NCBI RefSeq assembly: GCF_902459465.1
Contig: NC_047082.1
Span: 3,472,001-3,536,000, forward strand
Source of the DNA: Asterias rubens
Lineage: Eukaryota
Length of the DNA stretch: 64,000 nucleotides
Direction: 5' to 3'
Below, piece after piece: positions 39,183 through 51,745 of this stretch; position 1 is the stretch's first letter, and each line of letters starts with the position of its first letter. The translations under genes were made by a program, and so were the position numbers. The notes below the pieces were generated by a model, which worked only from the letters and a program-made list of their open reading frames with translations, ran no database searches and had not been told where the DNA came from.

Positions 39183-41740
39183 CCAAACTGGCTCTTTTTT
39201 AAGAGCCATGACTCCCTCAAAAGAGATTTATTGCATGATTGTACCCGCAAGTGTAATATTTAGTGTATTTATGTTCTTTGATCTAAGCTTTCTAAGCTAT
39301 GTGTTTTACGACAACAACGAAAAATTGCATGTTACAACATCCAGTCTTTTAGTTACCATGTTCTTGTTTTGACTTACAGTTAATACTCTAAGCCCTAACT
39401 AAGTAATTTTCTGTCAAATTACACAGGTGTTTTGATCCCGATGTTACGAGCACTCCGGACCAAGGGAGAGCTCTGATGCCTGGGTCTGACCCCCAAAGCA
39501 CGCCACAAACAAGCCAATAATTGCTCCATAAGAACCAATCACACTTGAGACTCCTAGTGTCGGAATGCCAGCCATGTCATTCCCGTAGTCCCAGGCAACG
39601 GACAGTCAAGGGAGATTTACTAACCACTTCAGAAAAAGTACAGGTAAGGGTGTCCCCTCAACTAACGAGACTATAACAATATTTGCAGGTGTGTTTGGAA
39701 CAGTTGTTGAATGTTATTTACTTCATGCGATCGGCACGTTTTGATGCGGTTGGATTGTTAGATACCGCTTCGTTGTAAAATCTTATAGCGGGACTTTAGG
39801 CGTGCTTGATACCGATGCGAAGGTCATGAGTTTGAATACAAAAGTTCTTTGGCTCTTAAATGGGGGCGTGGCTGTTAGCTTCACCCCTAAACTTAAAATC
39901 TTCAAAACCTAATGCCTACTTTTACAAGGAAAGTTGAATTGAGAAAACCAAAATATTAACATCTCGAGAAAAAAAGGAAAGTTTTAAAACGTTGAACCGA
40001 ACTCTTTTCTTCCAGGTGTTTATGCTAAGAAGTAATATAACACTGTGTTTCTTATACTGGATTTGGCATCGCTGCCAAAAATGTTCACTTTTCAGATAAG
40101 CTTGTCGCCTCAGTGTTATTGCGTAAAAGAAAAAATATATATTTTGGCTGGCAATTTTTTTTATGGAGATTGCACTTTCTAATTCTTATCAACTTTTGAT
40201 ATGATGAAAGGGGGGGGGGGACACATCTCAAAACTTGTCTAGCTTTTACTTTCATAACTCTTGGATTTATGTCGAAATTATGACAGAAAATGTAAACTTT
40301 CCCATATAGGACCAGTGCAGTATCTTGCCCGCCAGAATACCCAAATAATGTACGAGGTTAAACTTTCCCATAGGACCAGTTCAGTATCTTGCCTGCCAGA
40401 ATACCAAAATAATGTACAAGGTCACACTTGTTGTAAACAAAGTTCACATGGTCATGTATGCCTCTGCTTTAAAGGCGTAAACATCAACCTCGTAACTTTC
40501 TCCATGGTCCTGTACTTTCTGAACTTCTTAAAGTAATTACTAATGTGATTTATGAGCAATATACCCAAAATGTTTTTTGCAACTTTCAATTCAATTCAAT
40601 TCAACTCAATTCAAATACTCTTTTTTTTTCTTCATACTTCCATGAAAAATATCGGCAATTTATCTATTTTATTTACTTATTTTTTATTTTAAATCTTCGG
40701 ACATATTTCTTTGTTGGCAGGGGCCGTCCAGGGTAAGGCAAAAGTTTTAAAAACTGTAATCAAAGCGATGTGCCCTCCCAGGATACAATGTAACACATTA
40801 CAGTATGGGGCTGTTTTGATAAGCAGAAGCTTGTAAACAAATCAGCCAGTCAGACAAAGAAACAAAGCAAACATACAGACATGCAAACAAAAGGACGGAC
40901 GGACATAAGACATGACAAAAAATACTCACTGACACAAGATAGAATAGAGGAAATATAACTGCAGAACAGAACAAGCAGAAGCGTTACAAAATAAATATGT
41001 AACAAGGATTTAGAAGTGGATGTGACAGATTTTTTCTTTTGAGCTATACGGAAGATAGCAATATGCAGACTTGTGGTGTTTGTTTGTTGTTTATTTTGGT
41101 AAGAAATCAGCAGCGGAATATCTACTTGCCGTGAAAACAAAAATTAGTTCCTCAACAAGAAATCCGGGTTCTCGAACCACCCACAGCTTGGCAATGATTT
41201 TCCTGATAATAAACACAGATTGTTGTTCCTCCTTTATTATTTTGTATAGTCTGATGTGATGAATGTCAAAGCAAAGGGGAATTAGGATGGGTTTCAAATC
41301 GGCAACAACCAAGTATTACAGTTGATGTGAAGTTGCTTTGGGGTGCCATTATCTACACTCCTATCTGTCATGTTTTGTAAAAGGGAAATTGTGATCGTTC
41401 ACTTATTTTTTTATAGAAAAGAACTGTACTCCTTCCATTTGTCTGATGTGATGAATGCCAAAACAAAAGAGCCGCAATTTCACTTTGGGTGGCTTTAAAA
41501 ATGGCAGGGTCAACAAAAAGTTGTAAAACTTCTTACGTGAAGTTGTTTTGGGTATCAATATCAACATTCCGTAATGTTTTGTTGCACAGAGGGAAGTAGT
41601 GTACGTTCGCTTGTACACGTGTTGTGGTTCAATCCGGTTTAGTGTCTGCCTATACATTGGTTTGGCTAGAAATATCAAGACTTGGTACTCACTCCTTCAT
41701 CCCCATTGTCTTATTTGCACCGTTTGATAGGCATGCAGAT

Positions 41741-42264
41741 GGCCTGATACTTCACGGAGGCCACCAAGACGATTGCCTCCATGTATCATGGCCATTGCCT
41801 TGGTGCCCTTGAAATGCTAAAAGGAACACGTTGCCCTGGATCGGCCGAGTTGGTCTTTGAAAAGCGTTTGTAACCGTTTGTGATAAAATGCACATGATTA
41901 GAAAGATATTTTAAAAGTAGAATATAAGGATCCACAAAAGTATCACTCGCAATTGCGTGGTTTTCCTTTTACCTCGTCGACAAACAAGGTTTGTCATTTA
42001 TGGGAGTCAAATTGTTGACTCCCATAAATGGCCGACCGTGTTAAAGGGCAAAATAAAAGGAAAACCACGCAATTTCGAGGCAAATGTGTGTGGATCTTTG
42101 TATTCTACTTTTAAAACATCTTTTTAACCCTTTATGCATTTTTTTAACAAACGGTTACAAACGCTTTCAAAGACCAACTTGACCGATCCAAGGCAACGTG
42201 TTCCTTTAACCAAAACAAATTGCCTTGGTGCCTGCCATTGCCCTTTCAAAAACGAAGCATCAGG
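41741..42264 (+). mobile_element. Family E split by family G
   Basis: 5' part 41741-41817, 3' part about 42217-42264. Confidence 0.8.
41822..42205. mobile_element. Kolobok-type foldback MITE family G (almost entirely palindromic), nested in family E
   Basis: AGGAACACGTTGCC ... GGCAACGTGTTCCT-TTAA. Arms of about 185 bp centred on gggagtcaa/ttgactccc (~42013). Confidence 0.9.
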
Positions 42265-43046
42265 TACGTGCTGGTGGTGTAGCCCACACCCTCAAGCAGG
42301 CACATGTTGTACATGAAGGGAGACACGTTGACCTATTATTCGAGATGCAGCGTACGAATGTTATCAACTTTTGTCGATATCCAAAGATATGGCTCACTGT
42401 TATTTTCACAGTAATCGAAATCTTGATAGGACTGTCTAGAAAATCTCCTACGTATACCAGTAAATGTTGACCTGGAATGTTTGGGTCACTCTGTTTGTAA
42501 ACAACTTGCACCTTCGTGCCCATGGGTGGCTAAGTTGGCAAATTTGGAAAGGACTCTTCTAAAGAGCACCGCCCTCTAGTGGTGATGCACACGATCTTTG
42601 CTTAGACTGGTCCCATGTCTTTATTCGCAATGATAGTGACATGGTATATGTTTTACGTACGTCGGATTTAACTGCGAATCTCCAGAACCATGATGAAGGG
42701 AAGGTCATGTCAAATGATGCGAGGTCAAAGGTGATTATGTACGATTTCTGGCGCAATACACGAGCCTCGTGGCGCCATATGCTCATGCTAGTTCTTCATC
42801 TGATCTTGAGGTCGTTGGTTTGCGAACATCAGTGATTTTCTACGAAATTGACTTATGGCATGATTGTATTGCACACATTTATCTCTGTATGTTGTTTATG
42901 TGGTGTATTAATCAGAAACTCATCACGTATCATGCGTGCAGGAATTGTGGGTTTTGTTTGTCTGCAGAGTTGAGACCGACCGTGCCAAGTTTCGTGCATA
43001 ACCGAATGCAGAGTTGTGAATTCGGTGTTCAAGCACGTTGCTTCAA

Positions 43047-43182
43047 AGGCACTTGACACTATTGGTAATTACTCAAAATAACTGTTAGCATAAAGAACTT
43101 ACTTGATAACGAGCAATGGAGAGTTGTTGATAGTATAGTTTATAAAACCTTGTGAGAAACAGCTCCCTCTGGAGTAACGTTT
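43047..43182. mobile_element. MITE family A, left part
   Basis: aggcacttgacactattggtaattactc... Confidence 0.8.
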
Positions 43183-43608
43183 TGGACGTGGTGTGGTTGT
43201 GCTTAGCTACTTGTTGTGCCTCTGGAATAGGGCACAGCGCATAGCTATAGGTTACCACTTTAAACTTTGACAAATTTGGTATTGGAAATAGAAGAAGTTA
43301 ATTCAACTTCGATGATATGATTTGTTGGTTTCGTTTCGTTTCGCGATGATGTCATGGGGGGCCACTGGGTCCCGGCACGTGGCAGACATGCGTTTGGCTA
43401 GCAGAGCACACGACGGCTGTTTTATGATTGAGACGAGCTTGAACACGAGCGCGTCAAATTGTTAGATCAACTATTGTGATAAGATTATACCCATTAATTT
43501 CTAATTGTATACATTGATTGGCAGTCGGTTTATCAACCACCAGCATCTTGATTGATCTTAAGATTTGGAACATGTTGTTTAATCAAACCTGAAAATATGA
43601 AGCATTAA

Positions 43609-43967
43609 AGGCACTGGACACTATTGGTTATTACTCAAAATAATTATTAGCATAAAACCTTTCTTGGTAACAAGTAATGGAGAGCTGTTGATAGTATAAA
43701 ACATTGTGAGAAATAGCTCCCTCTGAAGTAACGTAGTTTGCGAGAACTTAGAAGTAATTTTCCACAAATTTGATTTCGAGACCTCAGAATTAGATTTTGA
43801 GGTGCCGAAGTCAAGCATCTGAAAGCACACAACTTTGTGTAAAAAGGGTATTTTCCCCCATTAATATCGCACTTCACATATTTGTTGTTTTGTGCATATG
43901 TTGAGATACACGGCAACACCATGTGAGAAGACTGGTCTTTGACAATCACCAAAGGTTTCCAATGTCT
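43609..43967. mobile_element. MITE family A, near full-length
   Basis: TTAA TSDs at 43605-43608 and 43968-43971. Confidence 0.88.
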
Positions 43968-44870
43968 TTAAGTAAGTTTTTACGCTAAAAATTATTTTGA
44001 GTAACTACAGTGACCTTAACTTTGTAATAGCATAGGGAAAGTGTCATTGAGTAGGAATGGTTTTGGTTGGCCTATTGTGTGTGGTAACTTTGAGGATTCT
44101 TGCTAGTACTCCTTGATTGATGACCGACAGTTTGACAATCACTGGCTCTAACAACCAATCAATTAAACTAACCCTAGATAAGACTAAACGTGTCAATGCA
44201 CTTATTATGAGGCTTATAACATCCTACCAATCAGTTAATACATAATGCAGGAGGAAGGCTGTCCAAACACTGCAGAGGAGTTAGAACTTGCTGATGATTT
44301 CCCATATTATCACTCATCATTACCACAGACTATTTGTTTAGTGTGAAGTCGTGATGACTCAACCTGTTCTAAGAAACTTTAAAAGCAACTCGTAAAGTAT
44401 TGGTACAGGCTTGGTGACCTGTACCATTGGTGCAGGCTCTTTGTATACACACAGTGGAAACTACAGTTGTATAAGTTTCATTTCAGATGAGGGATCTGAC
44501 TATTTTTACCTTCTAGCCTCGTCTAACTCTTTTCTTTTCCCCGTCCTTGATTGCCAGTCCATATCCTTGGTCCATCTAATTGTCCTTTCTTCGGGCAGGG
44601 AAAAATGTAAAATACTATTACATCAACATAAACATGAAAGTGAACACTTAAGTAAAATGATCATAAGATAAATTGGTTTAGAAAGTAGAGAATGAAATAG
44701 CAGCCTTAGTTGAAATCGGCACGACTGCCTGTCTGCATGGTTGACAAGTTTAGATGTGTGTCAGTGGAAAGGTTCAATAGGAATCGATTCAGAGTGTGGA
44801 TGTGTGATCTCCTTAAGTGGAACTTGGGCATCCTTTGGCTCCATCCTGGACATCTCGACTACCGGCTTAA

Positions 44871-45226
44871 AGGCACTGGACACTTTTGGAAACTATTCGC
44901 AATAATTGTTAGCATAAACACTTACTTGGTATTCGAGCAATGGGGAGCTGTTGATAGTTTAAAACATTGTAAGAAACGGCTCCATCTGAAATAACGTAGT
45001 TTTGAGAAAGAAGTAATTTCTCACCAAAATATTTATAGACTTCAGGCCTGAAGCCCTTTTTAGGCATCTGAAAGCCCACACATTTTGTCCAACAAGGGTG
45101 TTTTTTTCTCTTGCAACTTCGATGATCAATTGAGTTAAAAAAAAACACTGGTTGGTCCTAATGCATATGTTGGGGGTACACCAAGTGAGAATATTGGTCT
45201 TTGAGAATTAAAATGTGTCCAGGCCT
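44871..45226. mobile_element. MITE family A (TTCAGGCCTGAA subfamily) flanked by a 31-bp duplication
   Basis: TTAA TSDs at 44867-44870 and 45227-45230. Confidence 0.85.
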
Positions 45227-46374
45227 TTAAGAGGCTCCGTCTTGGACATCTCGACTACCGGCTGGTATTAAGTGTAGACGGCTTGGGTAGACTCCCCGTT
45301 CAGAGAGTAATTGCTCACACTGTGTGAGGATATGTAGTTATTAAGTCAGTACGAGTGACATCCATAATGAAGGCACCTTCTCTAGATGATGCAGCCTCAT
45401 CCTCATCCTTTAAGAAACTATACCACCTACGTCTTCTCACTAACCCTGCGGAGGACTTTCCCTTTTTTTTTTTTTTTTAAATCGATCCCAGCCCAGACCA
45501 CGTTTGTGTAACTTTTTATGGCGTAGAAATCAAACTCCTTCTCAGTCAATGTTTGTCTATAGAAAACTTTGAAACTTGTTTTATTCCATTTGTCACGGAC
45601 CTTTGGGTCCGGGCCCGCTTAAGGGCCCGAAAAGTTGTGCATCCTAGATGCACTGTGGTGCAATCTAATGCCAAAGGCATGGCCCTGTTGGTCCACACTT
45701 GATCCGCCCTTGGTAGTGACCTAGAAATATTAGAAAGTGAGTCGTGATGTTGAGACTGGGGCCTTCTTGATGAATGCTTTCATTTCTCTTAAACTTCTCT
45801 CCTATACTTTGCAGTTTCTATATCCCCTTTTCTTTCAATTGTTGCATTTGCGATTCCTCGGAATCAGGAAAAGGGGTGAAGCCCTCTCACTACCCAACAG
45901 GATTGTACAAAAATAATCTAATCCTACCTCCATGCTCAGACCATGCTCAGACCGACCCAAAGTCCTCACCATTGAAACACATGCTTCCAATGACCTGCCA
46001 TCCCTTTAACACGTGGCAGCTATTTGGCTTTGACTTGTGTACCTGTGTGTAGCTTCCACCAATCAATTAGCCCAGGCTTTAAAACTCGCTGTAATTTGCG
46101 GAAGTTTCTTAACAGTTTATGACAGGTTTAAGCTGTGATTGTCACGTCATCTTAATTACTTGTGTCTTGATATAAACACGACGTGCCTGGGTTTGACAGG
46201 TCGATATGTTGCTGCTGTTGTATTGATTGCTAGCTGGCGAAAGATGGCGGTATCGTCTTGACCTTCAATGTCGGTCGTTTTACGCGTTGAAACCGTGTAT
46301 TGGTGCTGTACCTGATGAAGTCAATAGACCTTTATCATTCTGCCTCCATCTTGGTCATGTTCCTCGTATCGAAT

Positions 46375-46612
46375 AAGAGATTTCAAGAGATTCATATCAT
46401 TTTGCTCAAGAAGTAAAGGATTTTAAAAGATTCATAACCATATAATTTGTCTTGAAGTAAAGGATTCTAAAAGATTCATAATTATATAATTTTGCTCAAG
46501 AAGTAAAGGATTTTAAATACATAACCATATAAATTGCCTAGAAGTAAAGGATTTTAATAGATTCATAATCATATCATTTTCTCAAGAAGTAAAAGATTTT
46601 AATAGATTCATA
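46375..46612. repeat. Minisatellite, ~44-bp unit, about 5 copies
   Basis: gaagtaaa at 46410, 46454, 46500, 46541 and 46586. Confidence 0.9.
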
Positions 46613-47629
46613 TCAGTTATCGTGCGTTAGTAGAAGCATGTAGAGGTGAGTTACCACCTTCATGACGAATGGAAATTCCAAGAGACTCAGCGATCTTTTC
46701 CTTCAGCAATTAATATCTCACCATCACTTCTCTCTCCTCAACAATGGAGAGGAAATTCTAGTCTAAACTTTCTTCTGAGACAATAAACATTGTCTCGTGC
46801 CACCCGAGGTAGGTCACAAGAGCACCCACGATGGGTCGTGACAACGGCGCGTGCTGCACTCGTCAATTAAAAAAGTCCGGGAAAAACCCAAATACTCATC
46901 AATATTATTGGGTTCGAGCTTAAATTGCGTCACACTGAAGAACTGCCCTCAGATTTGTGGAATTGTGGGAGCCATTTATCACCCAAGACGTGGGACTTAT
47001 TGGCGAATGGCCAAACATAAGTAGGCCTATACATCTTGACTCCTTAGATGGTTCAAGCCTGTCGAAGATATCATGTTCACACTTACTGTTTAGAAGATTG
47101 ATGGAAAGCAAGAATGATGGATTAACTTTACTGTTTGCATTTATGTGAGTGCATTTCTATTGCAAAACTTTTGTTGATCGAATCTCTGTTCAAAATGTTC
47201 GATATTATAACAGTAAGAGTGATTGTACGACGAGGACTGGTGGCCTGGTTGATGGCTAGATTCGTATAGGAGCCTGGGCGATTGCTTTTAAATTGTTTTT
47301 TCTTTTCGTATGAAATTGAATTTGACTCATGTGTGCATAGGCCTAAGTAGCAATGTTTTTTGTACTTGATAAAGCAGGTCTAGGCCTATATAATTTTGTA
47401 TAACACAGTATTTCTTTTAAAAAAAGAAGGTATTATTGTTTTATTACATCTTCACCCAATAAACTTATTGTTCTGATTTCGAGGTTATAGTTTGAGTGTT
47501 CCATAAGACACCGTTTACACTTGATTCAGAACAGAATTAAGATGGATCAAAACATTTAAGAAAATCGCCCTCCATGGATCAAAAATACTCATCTACTTTT
47601 TAATTTAACCCAACCATCTACAAACAACT

Positions 47630-47760
47630 GTGCGTATTGACGCTCGCACACGCGGACGCATTGGCCATGCGTTGTGTTTCCCAGTGAAAACACACAATAT
47701 TCTACCGTGTGGTTCTTAGTGAGCCGATCGCGCGTACAACTTACGCTATCCTATGTGTTA
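47630..47760 (+). promoter_or_regulatory. CpG-dense putative proximal promoter or 5' region of the kinase gene
   Basis: Local CpG cluster with an inverted CCAAT (ATTGG 47660-47664), about 300-400 bp upstream of the kinase ATG. Confidence 0.3.
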
Positions 47761-48068
47761 ACTCCCTTTCCCTTGATAACTATAATCCTCCCGTTTTGCA
47801 ATTTGAAATCCTACTTATGGTTGATTTCAGTTTGCTCATGTAATCTTCTTTACTCTCTGCTTATGAATAGACCATACCAACCAACTGTGGTGTGAAATAG
47901 GTATGCACACCCCATATAAACAGGTATCTTAATACCGGCTTAAAATTTTGGAGTACGTGTCGTTGGGTAGTTACCGAGGGGAAACAAGTAGGCAGCCATC
48001 GATCGCTGAGGAGCCTCAACATACTACGAGAAGGGGGAGTTGTGGACCGTCGAGGAGGGGGGAGTGAG

Positions 48069-48176
48069 ATGGGGAAACTCCGGAGCGTTGGACGGTATGT
48101 CATAGAGGAGAGGACGCTAGGAAAGGGCAACTTTGCCGTGGTGGAACTCGCAACACACAGCATTACCAAAACTAAG
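48069..48176 (+). CDS. Ser/Thr kinase (CAMKL/AMPK-related, SIK/HUNK-like), first recognisable coding exon: MGKLRSVGRYVIEERTLGKGNFAVVELATHSITKTK
   Basis: Subdomain I Gly-rich loop (LGKGNFAVV). ATG at 48069, phase-0 GT donor at 48177, in frame with the next exon. The true start may lie upstream because the frame is open from 47901. Confidence 0.9.
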
Positions 48177-48604
48177 GTCGGTAACGGTGGACTCCTCTTG
48201 TAAAATAATCGCACAGGTCCTAATCCCTCCAAGAGGTTTTAGCTTAGCTTTGTATTTCACACCCTTGTGAAGGAGGTCCTCGAAAAGACTGCGTTTCCTA
48301 GCCATATAGTGAGGCCCACAGAGGGTGGTGGTGTTCGCTGTTTTTGTAGAGTATTTCCTCGTTTTAAATCCACGAAAAAAAGTATTTGCAAATCAGCCAT
48401 TAAAAAACTTAAAATAAATAAATATTATCATGAGTGGAATTACACGCAGGCCACGGAGGCCATGGTCTACTTTGCCCCTGGTCTTGGCCTTGGTGCCCCA
48501 TAACAAGCTTCCCATTGACTTTTAAGGTTTTCAAATGGAAGTGCCGTTTGCAAAATGAAAAATGGCCTTGCCCATGTAAAGTTGAAGATCTATGCCTGAC
48601 ATTG

Positions 48605-49048
48605 TAGGCATAGGTCACTTCAAGCTCGTTGGTGTAACATTTTCGTTTTTGAAGAGCAGTTGTCTTTCCTTTTAACGCTCGATTTAATGTCCTGCATTGT
48701 CGAGTCGTTCGATACAAGTTTAAATCCACAAACAACTTTTTGCAAATCAGCCCCCCCCAAAAAAAAAAAAAAAACTTCTCAACAAAAAATAACATAAGTA
48801 GGTCATTCTCAGCTCGTTGTTGTAAAATGTCCGGCTTCGTACGAAGTTTGTGTTTTTTTCCCCTTTTTTTTGCTCGATTTATTTCCTGAATTGTCGAGTA
48901 CTTCCAAGTTCTAGAAGTTTTAATCCACGAAAAGCTAATTGCAAATCAGCCCTTAAAAAAACCTTCAACAAAAATGTAGGTCATTTCGAAGCTCGTTGTT
49001 GGACTGGACATTTGTCTTTCCTTGTGCTCGATTTATTTCCTGCGTTTT
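48605..49048. repeat. Degenerate ~185-bp tandem repeat, about 2.5 copies
   Basis: Recurrent taggtca..gctcgttg, gctcgattta and aatccac...gcaaatcagcc. Confidence 0.7.
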
Positions 49049-49344
49049 CATGACCGTCCAAAAGAGAACGCCACATGAAACAGCAGTTGTGGATCCACTC
49101 GGTCGCGTGTTGGGCAAACACTGAACAGAGGGACATGACCCTGGGGTTAAAACCTTAATTTTTCTCCCACATGGCAAGATGTGTATACTTGCATAAGAAT
49201 GTCTCCACACTGCATGGTGGACTACTTTTTCATGACCATTTAAGGAAGTCGGGGGGACACCACTTAAACCGAACGGTGGTATCATTTCAACTGATGCTTT
49301 TGCCTCAACTGGGCGAACTTGGAAATGGAAGACGCTGGTGGTGT

Positions 49345-49508
49345 AGGACCGTATGCTTCGTTTTGAAAGGGCACAAGGCATTTTCTCCTTCGTAAAGGGC
49401 ACCCTATGACGAAATTGTTATAAATGCAGAGCATTTTAAGGGCACCAAGGCAATGACCAGTGGGCACGGAGGCAATCGTCTTCGTTACCTCCGTAACGAA
49501 TCGGGCCT
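49345..49508 (-). mobile_element. Family E
   Basis: Homology to the other family E copies. Confidence 0.85.
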
Positions 49509-50236
49509 TGTAGGTTATACACCTACAGTAACATACGGAACCAACTCTTGGTTTTATCATAACTTCAAGAAGTAACACTTCAAGTTATGAAGTCAAATGT
49601 ATTTTTCGATATTGCTCTGTCCATAGCTCTGTCATAGATGTATTAACCTTGGGGTTGTGTACACCGAATAATAATTTCTACCTCAATCATGGAATAGTCT
49701 AAAGTTTTGTTTTCTTTAACAAGGTTGTTGGGACATCATCTTTCTGGTTTGCATTACCAAGACGCCATAGTGCCTCGAGCTACAATTCCCTTCCTAGTAC
49801 CACTCTTCCCTAAATGAGTGACGGCACTTGCCCCCATAGTGTGCACATATTGCTGACATATTGTATTAGAGTGATTAGTGCAATTGGGAAATAGTGGGGT
49901 GCCAACCACAGCTTGTCCATGACACGGACCCCCAGTACATCACCGCCATCTTGAAATAGTCTTAAATTAACCTGGTAAATATTTGTATATGGGGCATAGG
50001 CACTACAGGGTACGCGATCTGGACCCAATTTCATAAAGCTGTTAGCCTGTTTGCTCAGCAAAAGGGGACCAGGTACCAGTTAGAATTTGCACAACGCCTC
50101 ATTTGGGCTGGTAACCAGTTTCTCTTAAGCAATGTATTTCTACATAATGAGCAACTTTTGGAAGCAGGTTTTGTAACATTTCATTTCAGAAACCCCAATG
50201 ATTCCCAGCGTGCATCACTTTTTAAAAATAAAGTAA

Positions 50237-50415
50237 ATATTAAGTGTTACCCTTTCACCGATGTGAATTAGCGCTGTGTACTTTCCAGAGGTCTGTGAAA
50301 AAAAATTACAAACATTACTCGGATGGGATTCGAACCCACTACCTTTGCAATTCTAGAGCAGTGTCTTACCAACTAGACCACCGAGATTGCCGGTAGCTGT
50401 AGAGGCAGTTCGAAT
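50237..50415 (-). mobile_element. Family C copy, diverged
   Basis: gggattcgaaccc...ttgcaattctagagcagtgtcttaccaactagac...gaggcagttcgaat. Confidence 0.8.
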
Positions 50416-51496
50416 AATCCACTGTAAATGTTGAAATGCAATTATAGGTTACAAACTAGTCTGCTGGAAAGATAGATGAGCGTTTTTTATGGATGTTTAC
50501 AATTATTATGATACATCTATGGAGGGGATAATCTATGGTGTTGTTTGGTGTACAAATGTGATGAAACTGTTTATGGATTGACAGACCTGCCAACTCTCCC
50601 TGATTCTGCAGAAAGCTCCCTGTAGCAGAACCAATCTTTTCATGTTCTGGTGAACACATTTGAAAATCTCCCTGATGATGGAAACTGCTTTCCTATTTAT
50701 GGTGAATGTAATTGTAAACATCTCCCTGATTGCTGTACAAAATCTCACCGATTGCAAGATGCAAATGTTGGCAGCTCTGGATTGGAGGCTTAGGTTGAAT
50801 TACAGAGTGGGTTTTAGTCAGAATCTTGTTCTGCTGCAGTCCGACCTTCAACGTCGGTTCCTTATAAGTAGAACTTGATGGGATTTCATTTCCTCATTCC
50901 GACTGTCTTCTGGTTTTGGCATAAATATCAGGATATCCCTCCATGCATTTTAAATCGAAAGTAAACGACAGTATTTTGCCACATCTCAGTCCTTGGGTTT
51001 TGAGTTGACCATGTATGGAGTTGTATGTCACTTTGTTTATATCGGAAGTTTACAAGGACGAGTGCATTGGAATTTTTTTTTTTAAAGGAAGGTGCTTCAT
51101 GTTGACCCCTTGGAAGACCTGAAAGTTATGCGGGAGGGCATTGGGGGCAACGGATGTAGAATGAGATAAGAGATCTGAAGGTTGTGTATGGGTACGGGTA
51201 GGCCTACTGGGGTGTCTGTTTAGTCCGAAGTTGGGGTAAGGGACAAGTTATTTGGAAGATGGAAATACCAAAGGGGATAAACTGGTAAAAAGGATGTGGT
51301 TTTAGATTATGAGATTTGATTAGGATTGAAAACAACGTCTTTGGGCAGAATTTGTATTTAAAGATGCAGTGGTCGATTTTGTGCTTACTGTGCGATTTCC
51401 ATTTCATGGCGTTGCTAATGTTATCATGCTAACCTTCAACTTCTGACTGTTTTATAAGCTATACTGTCACCATGGAGCTATGCGGTCACGTAGTAA

Positions 51497-51745
51497 TGAA
51501 AATCCACCATTGTTACACAAATGTGTGTGCTTTCAGATGCCTAGTAATATAAGGCTTCAGGCATGAAGTCTTTAAATATTTGGCTGAGAATTTACCTCCT
51601 TCTCAAAAATTACGTTACTTCAGATGGAGCCGTTTCTCTCAATGTTTTACACTACCAACAGCTCTCTATTGCTCATTACTAAGTAGGTTTTTATGCTAAC
51701 AATACAATTATTTTAAGTAATTGCCACACTAGTGCCCAGTGGCTC
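51497..51745. mobile_element. MITE family A, degraded partial
   Basis: cacaaatgtgtgtgctttcagatgcc ... ggagccgtttctc motifs. Confidence 0.75.

Noticed and set aside
50590-50790. OTU-like protease motif (LPDDGNCF) in a plus frame
   Set aside because: Only a 5-residue resemblance. The following FRA helix is absent and the frame has nearby stops.
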